This document shows positions 28,045 through 43,800 of a stretch of DNA of 64,000 bases, in pieces. The notes below the pieces were generated by a model. That model had not been told where the DNA came from. It searched no databases and worked only from the letters and a program-made list of their open reading frames with translations. Origin of the DNA: the human T2T-CHM13v2.0 reference genome, Homo sapiens; the NCBI RefSeq assembly GCF_009914755.1, contig NC_060927.1; one strand, 5' to 3'. Position numbers and translations under genes: made by a program. Position 1 is the stretch's first letter; every line of letters starts with the position of its first letter.

Positions 28045-30047
28045 GGTAGGGTCAGTAATACACCTTCACCATCCTACCTCAGGGCCACTCTCCAGCCAGC
28101 TTTATGTCATAATTTAGTTCCATCGCCTTTCCCTCTTCCCATCACAAGACATCACACAGGTCCATTACACTGAGGACATTACGCTGATTAGACCTTGTGA
28201 GCAAGAAGCAGCAGCTACTCTAGACTTATTGGTAAGCCATGTCGAAGGGTAGGAAATAAAGCCTAAAATTTGGAGGCATTCCATCTCACTCAAATTTCTA
28301 GGGGTCTAGTGGTATGGGGCATGTCAAGATATTACTTCTAAAGTGAAGGATAAGTTGTTGTATTTGTTCTGTCCTACAACTAGGAAAGAAGCACAGTGCC
28401 TACTCAGCCTCTTTGGATTTGGAAGGCAGCATATTCCTCATTTGAGTGTGTTACTCCAGCCCATTTACCAAGTAACCCAAAAAAACTGCTAGTTTTTAGT
28501 GGGGACCAGAAAAAAAGAAGGTTCTGCAGCAGATTCAGGCTGCTGTACAGGCTGTTTTGGCACTTGGGCCATATGATTCACCAAATCCAGTGGTGTTTAA
28601 AGGATCAGTGGCAGATAGGGATGCTGTTTGAAGCCTTTGGCAGGCCCCACAAGTGAATCAAGTGCAGTCCTTAGAAGTTTAGGATAAGACCCTGCCATCA
28701 TTTGCAGATAACTATTCTCCTTTTGAGATACAGGTATTGCCCTGCTACTTGGCCTTAGTAGAAACTGAATATTTGACTGTGAGCCATCAAGTTACCATGC
28801 GACCTGAGTTGCACATCATGAATTTGGGGTTATCTGACCCACCACGCCATAAAGTTAGTCATGCACAGCAACACTCTATCGTCAAATGGAAGTGGTTTAT
28901 ACATAATAGGACCCAGCGGGCCTTGAAGGTAAGAGACATGAAGAAATGGCCCAAATGCCAGGAACCCCACTCATGCTACACTGACTTCTCTCTCCCAGCC
29001 AGCATTTCTGGCCTCATGGGGAGTTACCTGCAACCAGTTGACAGAGAAAAAGAAGACTTGGGCCTGGTTTACAGATAGTTCTCCACAATATGCAGGTACC
29101 ACCTGAAAGTAGACAGTTGCAATACTACAACCCTTCTCTGGGCCACCCCTGAAGCACAGTAGTAGAGAGAAATTCTCCCCGTGGGTAGAATTTGAGGGTA
29201 CACCTGGTTGTTCACTTTCTTTGGAAAGAGAAATGGCAAGACAAGCAGTTATATTCCAATTCACGGGTTGTGGCCAGTGATTTGGCTGGATGCTCAGGGA
29301 AATAGAAGGAACATGGCTGAAAATTGGTGACAAAGAAATATGAGAAAGAGGTAGATGGATACACATCTCTGAATGGACAAAAAATGAAGATATTTCTGTC
29401 CCATGTGAATGTTCACCAAAGGGTAGCCTCAACAGAGTAGGATTTTAATAATCACAGGGATAGAATGACCATTCTACAGATACCAGTCAGCCTCTTTTCC
29501 CAGCCACCTCTGTCATTGCCCAGTGAGCTCATGAACAAAGTGGCCATGGTGGCAGGGAGGGAGTTTATGCATAGGCTCAGCAACATGGACTTCTACTCCC
29601 AAAGGCCAATTTGACTATGGCCCACTACTGAGTACCCCTTCTGCCAGCAACAAAGACTAATATGGCACAATTCCCAGGGGTGATCATCCAGCTACCTTGT
29701 GACAAATTGATTACAGTGGACCATTTATTCCCATCACAGAAGGGGCAGAATTTTGTCTTTACTGGAATAAGCACTCTAGATATAGATGTTTCTTTCTTGC
29801 ACACAATGCTTCTGCCAAAACTGTCACCCATGGACTTACAGAATGCTTTATCTACTGTTGTGGTATTCCACACAGCATTGCTTCTGATCAAGAAACTCAC
29901 TTCATAGCAAAAAAAGAAAGAAAAAAGAAAAAAAAAAACGGTGTGGCAATAGGCCTATGTCTGTAAAATTCACTGGTCTTATCATGTTTCCCATTATCCT
30001 GAAACAGGCCTGATGGAACAGTGGAATGCTTTTTTGAAGATTCAGTT

Positions 30048-31098
30048 TTTGCCCATTCAGTATGATATTGGCTGTGGATAATTAAACTAAAGAGCTTCTG
30101 CACAGCAAAAGAAACTACCATCAGAGTGAACAGGCAACCTACAGAATGGGAGAAAATTTTTACAATCTATCCATCTGACAAAGGGCTAATATCCAGAATC
30201 TACCAAGAACTTAAACAAATTTGCAAGAAAAAATCAAACAACCCCATCAAAAAGTGGGTGAAGGATATGAATAGACACTACTCAAAAGAAGGCATTTATA
30301 CAGCCAACAGACACATAAAAAAATGCTCATTATCACTGGCCATCAGAGAAATGCAAATCAAAACCACAATGAGATACCGTCTCACACCAGTTAGAATGGC
30401 AATCATTAAAAGGTCAGGAAACAACAGGTGATGGAGAGGATGTGGAGAAATAGGAACACTTTTACACTGTTGGTGGGACTGTAAGATAGTTCAACCATTG
30501 TGGAAGACAGTGTGGCGATTCCTGAAGGATCTAGAACTAGAAATACCATTTGACCCAGCCATCCCATTACTGGGTATATACCCAAAGGATTATAAATCAT
30601 GCTGCTATAAAGACACATGCACACGTATGTTTATTACGGCACTATTCACAATAGCAAAGACTTGGAGCCAACCCAAATGTCCATCAATGATAGACTGGAT
30701 TAAGAAAATGTGGCACATATACACCATGCAATACTATGCAGCCATAAAAAACGTTGAGTTCATGTCCTTTGTAGGGACATGGATGAAGCTGTAAACCATC
30801 ATTCTGAGCAAACTATCGCCAAGGACAGAAAACCAAACACCGCATGTTCTCACTCATAGGTGGGAATTGAAAAATGAGAACACTTGGACACAGGGTGGGA
30901 AACATCACATACTGGAGCCTGTCATGGGGTTGGGGGAGGGAGGAGGGATAGCATTAGGAGATATACCTAATGTAAATGGCGGTTTTAATTGGTACAGCAC
31001 ACCAACATGGCACATGTATACATATGTAACAAACCTGCATGTTGTCCACATGTACCCTAGAACTTAAACTATAACAATAAAAAAATTTTAAAAAGAAT
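30048..31098 (+). mobile_element. 5'-truncated, 5'-inverted L1PA (about L1PA5-7) inserted in the ERV-L integrase
   Basis: TSD AAGATTCAGTT (30037-30047 and 31099-31109); inverted ORF2 piece up to 30077; sense ORF2 end, 3'UTR and A tail from 30079. Confidence 0.93.
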
Positions 31099-31861
31099 AA
31101 GATTCAGTTAAAGTGTCACCTTGGAGACAATACCTTGCTGGACTTGGGCAAAGTTTTTCAGAAGGTTATATATGCTATGAATCAGCATTCAGTATATGAT
31201 GCTGTTTATCCAATAGACAGAATTAATAGGTTCAGGGATCAAAGAGTGGAAACGGAAGAGTCACCACTCATTATTATCCCTTGTGACCCACTAGCAAACT
31301 TTTGCTTCCTATTCTAGTGACTTTATGTTCTGCTGGCCTAGAGATCTTAGTTCCGGAAGGAGGAATGCTTCCAGCAAGAAACAAAATAATTCCACTGAAC
31401 TGCATGTTAAGATTTTCACCCAGCTACTTTGGGCTCTTTATGCCTCTGAATCAACAGGAAAAGAAGGGAGTTACAGTGTTGGCCTGAGTGAATGATCCAG
31501 GCTACAAAGGGGAAATTGGACTACTCCTCCACAAAAATAAGGAAAAGTATGTCTGGTATACAGGAGATCCCTTAGGGAGTCTTTTAGTATTACCACACCC
31601 TGTGGTAAAGGTCAGTGTAACACTACAACAGCCCAATCTAGGCAGGGCTACTAATAGCCCAGATTCTTCAGGAATGGTTTGGTTCACCTCATCAGGCAAA
31701 GAACCATGACCAGCTGACATGCTTGCTGAAGGCAAGGGGAATACTGAATGAATAGTAGCAGAAGGTAGTTATAAATACCAGCTATGATCATGTGACCAGT
31801 TACATAAATGAGACTTTAATTATCATAAGAATTTTCTCCTTATTTTTTATGAATACACTTG

Positions 31862-31863
31862 TG

Positions 31864-31915
<52 letters not shown>
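31862..31915 (+). repeat. (TA)n(CA)n microsatellite
   Basis: Direct reading. Confidence 0.9.
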
Positions 31916-32231
31916 TTAAACAGATATCTTTGTTTTCTTTCTGTTCTTATTTCCTTATTATATAACAGAAGATGTATTGACTTTATGGCAGCATTTAAGT
32001 ACTGTTATTTTTATATTATTGTATTTAAGGAATATCAGGGGAAGAATAAACATCACTCAAGAACTTTCACTTCCTCTTTTGGGGGAGGGATTAGTATTAG
32101 CGCCTTTTCCCTTGTATTCAAGATAGTTGTATCATGTTAGGCAAAATAATGATTTTGTTATTATCTGTATTTGGAGATTAAGCATGATTTACAAAAAGAC
32201 ATGTGGGTACCAACGTGACAAGGAGTGGACT

Positions 32232-32800
32232 TGTGGTGGTTAATTTTACGTGTCAACTTGACTAGGCAAAGAAAAGCCCAGATAGCTGGTACATTATTTC
32301 TGGATGTGTCTATGAGGATGTTTCCAGAAGAGATTAGAATTTGAATCGGTAGACTGAGTAAAGATCATCCTCACCAGTGTGAGTGGACTTGACCTTGTCT
32401 GTTGAGGGCCTAAATAGAACAAAAAGGTGGAGAAAGGGTGAATTTGCTGCCTGTGCTTGAGCTGGAACACTCATCTTCTCCTTCTCTTGGACATCAGCAC
32501 TCACGGCTCTCAAGCCTTCAGACTCTGAATGGGTCTTACACCATCGGCCTCCCCTGGATCTCAGGCCCTCAGGCTGAGACTGAAATTGCGCCACTGGCTT
32601 TGCTGGCTCTCCAGCTTGCAGACAGCAGACTGTGGGACTTGCCAGCCTTCAAAATCATGTAAGCCAATTCTTCACAATATTTTTTTTAATCTATCTATCT
32701 ACCTATCTATCCATTTATCTATCTACCTACCTACCTACCTACCTATCGCTCCATCTATAGCCTATTGGTTCTGTTCCTCTGAAGAACCCTGGCTAATGTA
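32232..32800 (+). mobile_element. MLT2-family 3' LTR of the ERV-L
   Basis: Begins TGTGGTGGTTAATTTTACGTGTCAACTTGAC directly after the PPT; ends TGGTTCTGTTCCTCTGAAGAACCCTGGCTAATGTA; internal (TCTA/CCTA)n tract. Confidence 0.9.
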
Positions 32801-33417
32801 CCTTTTATAAGGGCTTTACTTTTCTTTCCCACTTTCTAATATTATTCTTCTTTCTGGGGAATTTCAGTGTGAGTATCTTTTAAAATCACCCCTATATCAT
32901 TGTGCTTTTTCACATGTCCATCTACCTATATGTACAAAGGTATGTGTGTTTGTATGTTTGTCTGTCATGCTAGGGTTGCAGTATGAGCATTATCATTTAT
33001 TCTGTGCAGATTCCTCTTGTTATACAACCAACCAGAACATCCTTGATTGTTTTCAAATATGGATATCTGATGGGTATGTAATATACATTTATATAATCAA
33101 TAATATATGAGACATATAATATATATACAATGTTTTCAAGATGTACTCTTGCCTTCCTTTCCTAATTTGCCTCATGTAAAAATTTTTCTTTTCATACCAG
33201 TCACAGTGGCGTGTGCCTGTAATCCCAGCTACTCAAGAGGCAGAGGTGGGAGGATGACTTGAGCTCAAGAGTTCAAAACTGCAGTAATCTATTATTGTGC
33301 CACTGCACTCTAGCCTGAGTGACAGAGCAAGACCTTTTATCTAAATAAATATGTATATACATACTCACATCAAATATTTTTTCTCTACTCTTCATCATTA
33401 CATTGTCAAGTTCAACT
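32801..33417 (+). repeat. Copy 2 of the host direct repeat (with two later insertions)
   Basis: Same blocks in the same order as 27649-28044, interrupted by a ~75-bp insert (33057-33130) and an Alu monomer (~33196-33350). Confidence 0.9.
33196..33350 (+). mobile_element. Alu right-arm monomer (FRAM/AluJ)
   Basis: GTGGCGTGTGCCTGTAATCCCAGCTACTC...CACTGCACTCTAGCCTGAGTGACAGAGCAAGACC; no left arm. Confidence 0.85.
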
Positions 33418-33627
33418 CTGTACTCAGATATCAGCATGAGGTCACTTTTTCTTAACTTGTCATTAGTTAATATACATTAAGCAATTACAGTGTTTCCAAA
33501 AGTGACTCTCTAAAAATTTTAGAGTGGGCATTAATAAAAATATTTCTGATCTGATCTCCCCTTTGATATTGTTCAACAAAGTATGATAATGAACAGACTC
33601 AATCCTCTGAAAATTCCCCTATTTTTC

Positions 33628-34122
33628 TGTTTGCAAAGATAGCCCATCCCACACTTGGCAATGTGACTTCGCCTTCTCCCATATCAAGGTGAAATTTCTT
33701 CCCCCTCTCTTTACATCTGGGCTGGCCAAGTGACTGGCTTTGGCTTAAATACTGCTACGGCCGTGTCTTTGTGCAGGCTTCTGAGCCTCAGCTTCAAGGG
33801 TCCTTGTGACTCCTGCTCTCATTTTCTTGGAACTCAGTAGTTAGTATGCTGTGAAAAAGACCTGAATGGAAGACCATGTGGAAAAGAGAAGTGAGCTGCC
33901 CCAGTCATTCCAGGAATTGCAAATGATACTTCAAATGTGCAAGTGAGACCCTCCTAGACTCACCTATCTCAACTGAGCCCCCACATGATTGCAGTCTCGA
34001 GACCAGTTAAGAAAAGCAAAACAGCCTGGTCAACACACAGAATAATGAGAAAAAATAAATTGCCATTGTATTAAGCAATGAATTTTCTGGTGGTTTGTTA
34101 CTCAATAATACATAATTGATAT
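33628..34122 (+). mobile_element. Old MaLR LTR (MLT1G/H-like)
   Basis: GCAATGTGACTT...TCTGGGCTGGCC.AGTGACTGGCTTTGGC and 3' end ATAAAT...TGGTTTGTTACTCAATAATACATAATTGATA. Confidence 0.7.
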
Positions 34123-34831
34123 AATCTTCATTGCACCTAGTACCCTACTAGTTCACATTAGGTACTCAAAAAACAGGATTGAAAATATGTATGGCAAACA
34201 GGCCAACAGAGATGAGAGGACCACTACCTTTGACTTCATTCATTCAATATTTATGGATTCATAGATAGACAGATAGATAGATAATAGATAGATAGATAAA
34301 TAGATACCTGATGGGTATGTTATATTTATATAATCAATAATATATAATACATATAATATATACAGTCATATGTACATATAATCACATATATATTCATTAT
34401 ATCTATAAAATCAAGCCCAGTCCTCACACTGGGGTACAACATAAATAAAATTATGTCCTTGCCATCAGAAGTCTCATGATCTACTGGAACACGGCACAAA
34501 TTAACATGAATAATTATACAGCTACATGGAAAAGTCTGGCAGAGTACTACAGGAACACAAACCTTGAATGAGAAAAGAGGTGTGCGTAGGAAAAATTGAG
34601 AAGAAAAAATCAGAGCATAGTTACTGAGTTAAAAGCGGAGACAGTGGCAACAGCATGGAGCTCAGAACCATGCTTAGGGGAGGCAAAATGTACCAAGCTG
34701 CTGGTCCATGCACCATCATCTGCCATAAGGACTTGGAGTTGAACTATTTGAATAAGAAATCACCTGAAATTCTTTTCATGACATCTTTGCCCTCTCTTCC
34801 CTTGCCTATTTCAAACTTTATTCCTGCAAGC

Positions 34832-35202
<371 letters not shown>

Positions 35203-35339
35203 TACAAGCTTGCTTTAACACAGTATGATTTACTTCTAATACTAACCAGATGAATCTTGCTATTGGTTAGTATGCATTTTAACACTAATTTTCCATAATA
35301 TAATATGCATCTATTTATCCAATTGGTATACCAGCTGTG

Positions 35340-36385
35340 TACTTCATCAGGCACCCAATTAGGCCACAAGTACCTCGAACTCAACATGTCCCAGACTGAA
35401 TTCATTTTTCTCTAAAATATGCTCTATCAGTTTTCTATCACTATAAAGAGCACTACCTACACAGTCACTCCAGCCATGAACCTGAGGGTGTCCTTAACTC
35501 TTTACTCCTCGGGAAGTTCCCTCGCAAGTTTCATCCCCACGCCAGCGTAACTCTGACATTTAATCAATCATCATGTCCTGTTAGTTCCTAAATACCTCTC
35601 AAGTCTACCACATCCTCTTATCCCATTTCCTGAGTTCAGGATTCCTGACTGCTTTCTTGGGCCATTGCCATAGCTCCATAATCTATCATTCTGCTTCCAC
35701 TTTTGCTTTCCTTCATTCCATCCATCACATCACCATCAGAGGCATCTTTGGAAAGCGCAGATCAAATCATATTAGTTCTCTGCTTAAAACCTTTCCAGGA
35801 CTCCCCCTGCTTCAGAATAAAATGCAAACTTCTAGGCATAATATACAAGGTCCTTTATGGTAAGTCTACCTTTATGATCTCAGCTCTCTACTCTCCCATC
35901 CCCAACATTTACCACTTACCTTCCAGCAATAGGATTATTTGTAGTTCCCCTTGCTAGCTGAACAATGGTTCAAGCTACCACTTAAGCCTCTAAATTTTTC
36001 ACATCAGCCACTAAATACTATTTATATCCTGATCTAGCTACAGAGCAGCAACTCACTGTTTAAGGCATATCTCATCTCCTCTGGAAGCCTATCCCTTCAT
36101 CTATGGTCCTCATTCCTTTGGCCCAGTAGTGCAGAATGGACCACTCCTGCCTTTGTGCCCCAATTATATTCTGAACATACTTGTATCATAGGGCTAGTTA
36201 TATTGCACTTCATTCCGTGTATTCGTTTATGTCTCTGCTTCCTTCCCTCCAATCCTGCCAGCACCAGGCTGACCTCTTTAGAGACACGAAACATCTTTTA
36301 TTCCTTTGGTATTTACATTATGTCACACATTGCCTGGATCATAATAGGAATTCCATAATGAAGATGAATATTTTCCAAATAATTT
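35340..36385 (+). mobile_element. L2 3' region
   Basis: ACCTCGAACTCAACATGTCCCAGACTGAA, CTGCTTAAAACCTTTCCAG...CAGAATAAAATGCAAACT and other L2 hallmark blocks. Confidence 0.75.
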
Positions 36386-36801
36386 GAATACGATAAATTC
36401 AGACAAAATTTAAAACTATACCAAACATAACTTAAATTTGCTTTCTCGATTGTGATTTTGTTAGTATTATTCTAGTTGTCTGAATTATAAAAGTGCTTAA
36501 ATTTTGGACAAATGAGAATTTTCTGTTTCTTTTCTAGTTGGTACAATAACCAAGTCTTTATAGAACAAGCAAGTTAGTGCGTCTGTGGAATAGCAGATTT
36601 GCAAGATTTAGAGTTATAACTTGAGTGTCCAGAAACCAGGTATCTGGCATATCGAAAGCCACCGGCCAATGAATAGCAAAATGTCTCAAAATTCTTACAC
36701 TAAAACGCATACATAGAAAACCGCTGCCTTAGAACTTTGTATTCCAAAGCTGCAACAGAGTACAAGCAGAAAATTAAAATAAGAGCAAGAAACAGCTACC
36801 A

Positions 36802-37707
36802 GGTGGGAGGAGCCAAGATGGCCGAATAGGAACAGCTCCGGTACACAGCTCCCAGCATGAGCGATGCAGAAGACGGGTGATTTCTGCATTTCCATCTGAG
36901 GTACCAGGTTCATCTCACTAGGGAGTGCCAGACAGTGGGCACAGGTCAGTGGGTGCGCGCACCGTGCGCAAGCTGAAGCAGGGCAAGGCATTGCCTCACT
37001 TGGGAAGTGCAAGGGGTCAGGGAGTTCCCTTTCCGAGTCAAAGAAAGGGGTGACGGACGCACCTGGAAAATCGGGTCACTCCCACCCGAATATTGCGCTT
37101 TTCGGACCGGCTTAAAAAATGGCGCACCACGAGATTATATCCCTCACCTGGCTCGGAGGGTCCTACGCCCACGGAGTCTCGCTGATTGCTAGCACAGCAG
37201 TCTGAGATCAAACTGCAAGGCGGCAGCGAGGCTGGGGGAGGGGCGCCCGCCATTGCCCAGGCTTGCTTAGGTAAACAAAGCAGCAGGGAAGCTCGAACTG
37301 GGTGGAGCCCGCCACAGCTCAAGGAGGCCTGCTTGCCTCTGTAGGCTCCACCTCTGGGGGAAGGGCACAGACAAACAAAAAGACAGCAGTAACCTCTCCA
37401 GACTTAAATGTCCCTGTCTGACAGCTTTGAAGAGAGCAGTGGTTCTCCCAGCACGCAGCTGGAGATCTGAGAACGGGCAGACTGCCTCCTCAAGTGCGTC
37501 CCTGACCCCTGACCCCAAGCAGCCTAACTGGGAGGCACCCCCCAGCAGGGGCACACTGACACCTCACAGGGCAGGGTATTCCAACAGACCTGCAACTGAG
37601 GGTCCTGTCTGTTAGAAGGAAAACTAACAAACAGAAAGGACATCCACACCAAAAACCCATCTGTACATCACCATCATCAAAGACCAAAAGTAGATAAAAC
37701 CACAAAG
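36802..37707 (+). promoter_or_regulatory. L1 5'UTR internal sense promoter and antisense promoter; YY1 site intact
   Basis: CpG-rich L1 5'UTR with AAGATGGCC YY1 motif at 36815-36823. Promoter function is established for the family, not shown for this copy. Confidence 0.85.
37038..37253 (-). CDS. L1 ORF0 (71 aa), intact
   Basis: MAGAPPPASLPPCSLISDCCASNQRDSVGVGPSEPG...RCVRHPFL*, 71 codons from the ATG at 37253 in GGGCAATGG context; the C-terminal part of track ORF 37038..37322. Confidence 0.85.
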   Translation of the reverse strand: MAGAPPPASLPPCSLISDCCASNQRDSVGVGPSEPGEGYNLVVRHFLSRSEKRNIRVGVTRFSRCVRHPFL

Positions 37708-38725
37708 ATGAGGAAAAAACAGAACAGAAAAACTGGAAACTCTAAAACGCAGAGCGCCTCTCCTCCTCCAAAGGAACGCAGTTCCTCACCAGCAACGGAA
37801 CAAAGCTGGAGGGAGAATGACTTTGACGAGCTGAGAGAAGAAGGCTTCAGACGATCAAATTACTCTGAGCTACGGGAGGACATTCAAACCAAAGGCAAAG
37901 AAGTTGAAAACTTTGAAAAAAATTTAGAAGAATGTATAACTAGAATAACCAATACAGAGAAGTGCTTAAAGGAGCTGATGGAGCTGAAAACCAAGGCTCG
38001 AGAACTACGTGAAGAATGCAGAAGCCTCAGGAGCCGATGCGATCAACTGGAAGAAAGGGTATCAGCAATGGAAGAGGAAATGAATGAAATGAAGCGAGAA
38101 GGGAAGTTTAGAGAAAAAAAGAATAAAAAGAAATGAGCAAAGCCTCCAAGAAATATGGGACTATGTGAATAGACCAAATCTACATCTGATTGGTGTACCT
38201 GAAAGTGATGGGGAGAATGGAACAAAGTTGGAAAACACTCTGCAGTATATTATGCAGGAGAACTTCCCCAATCTAGCAAGGCAGGCCAACGTTCAGATTC
38301 AGGAAATACAGAGAACGCCACAAAGATACTCCTTGAGAAGAGCAACTCCAAGACACATAATTGTCAGATTCACCAAAGTTGAAATGAAGGAAAAAATGTT
38401 AAGGGCAGCCAGAGAGAAAGGTTGGGTTACCCTCAAAGGGAAGCCCATCAGACTAACAGCGGATCTCTCGGCAGAAACCCTACAAGCCAGAAGAGAGTGG
38501 GGGCCAATATTCAACATTCTTAAAGAAAAGAATTTTCAACCCAGAATTTCATATCCAGCCAAACTAAGCTTCATAAGTGAAGGAGAAATAAAATACTTTA
38601 CAGACAAGCAAATGCTGAGAGATTTTGTCACCACTAGGCCTGCCCTAAAAGAGCTCCTGAAGGAAGCGCTAAACATGGAAAGGAACAACCGGTACCAGCC
38701 GCTGCAAAATCATGCCAAAATATAA
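37708..38725 (+). pseudogene. L1 ORF1p (RNA-binding chaperone), frameshifted
   Basis: MRKKQNRKTGNSKTQSASPPPKERSSSP... and ...REWGPIFNILKEKNFQPRISYPAKLSF...NHAKI* lie in different frames; extra A in the A-run at ~38114-38120. Confidence 0.95.
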
Positions 38726-38788
38726 AGACCATCGAGACTAGGAAGAAACTGCATCAACTAACGAGCAAAATCACCAGCTAACATCATA

Positions 38789-42608
<3,820 letters not shown>

Positions 42609-42997
42609 ACAATGAGATCACATGGACACAAGAAGGGGAATATCACACTCTGGGGCCTGTGGTGGGGTGGGGGGAGGGGGAAGGGATAGCACTGGGAGAT
42701 ATACCTAATGCTAGATGACGAGTTAGTGGGTGCAGCGCACCAGCATGGCACATGTATACATATGTAACTAACCCGCACAATGTGCACATGTACCCTAAAA
42801 CTTAAAGTATAAAAAATAAAAATTAAAAAATTAAAAAAATTAAAAAAATTAAAAAAATAAAAAATAAAATAAAAAATAAAAAATAAATAAATAAATAAAT
42901 AAAAATAAAAAAAAGAAACAGCTACCAACAAACCCAGAAGCTGTAGCAAGAAATGACAGCTGTTAGCCAGGGAGAAGATATAAAATTAAGAAAAGCA

Positions 42998-43306
<309 letters not shown>

Positions 43307-43629
43307 TCAAAAAGGACAATTATCCAGCACCAGTAAAAGTAGGATAAACAGTAGCCTCTACCTTAACTAGCCTGTGAAATTACTAAACTGTTCTACAGAG
43401 TTAGTACATAGCATATAGTATACAGTTACCATTTACATTGACTACACTGGTGACCGTAATTTTTCAATTAAAGTTATGTTCAGTATACTCTACATAAAAA
43501 AGAGGAATTATGTAAAAAATATTAGAAATTTTTCAAAATTATTAACTTTAAAAAGCTATTTAAATCTTTATTTATCCAAGATATTAAGAAGTGCCCACTT
43601 TTAAGTCTTTAATATGAATAAGTACTACA

Positions 43630-43800
43630 TAAAGTTACCATTTATTGAATACCTTGGGGCTATACACTAGAGCTTAAAGGGTAAGTCTTATTATCTCCAT
43701 TTTACAGATAAGGAAACTGAGGCTCAGAGAAATGAAGTAAATCACCCAAGATCATACAGTTAGTAAGCAGCTGAATAGATATTTGATACAAGTTCCTTAG
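43630..43800 (-). mobile_element. MIR
   Basis: CCATTTTACAGATAAGGAAACTGAGGCTCAGAGA core. Confidence 0.85.

Larger units (their letters stand above)
28039..32231 (+). mobile_element. ERV-L internal region (degenerate RT, RNaseH, integrase, dUTPase), 5'-truncated
   Basis: YTFTILPQG, ALCHNLV and HYTEDI (decayed YIDD) near 28058-28180; dUTPase-like remnants GLEILVPEGGMLP...KKGVTVLA and DPGYKGEIGLLLH at 31330-31530, 3' of integrase as in ERV-L; PPT GACAAGGAGTGGAC at ~32217-32230; many stops and frameshifts. Confidence 0.9.

Noticed and set aside
28396-29907. ORFs of 81-153 aa
   Set aside because: Out-of-frame or antisense readings of the decayed ERV-L pol; no intact domain remains.
29905-29940. 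A-rich tract as a separate retro-insertion tail
   Set aside because: No element body or TSD; it looks like expansion of a short A-run within ERV-L.
31302-31709. dUTPase as a domesticated gene
   Set aside because: Split by a stop and frameshift; a normal ERV-L component.
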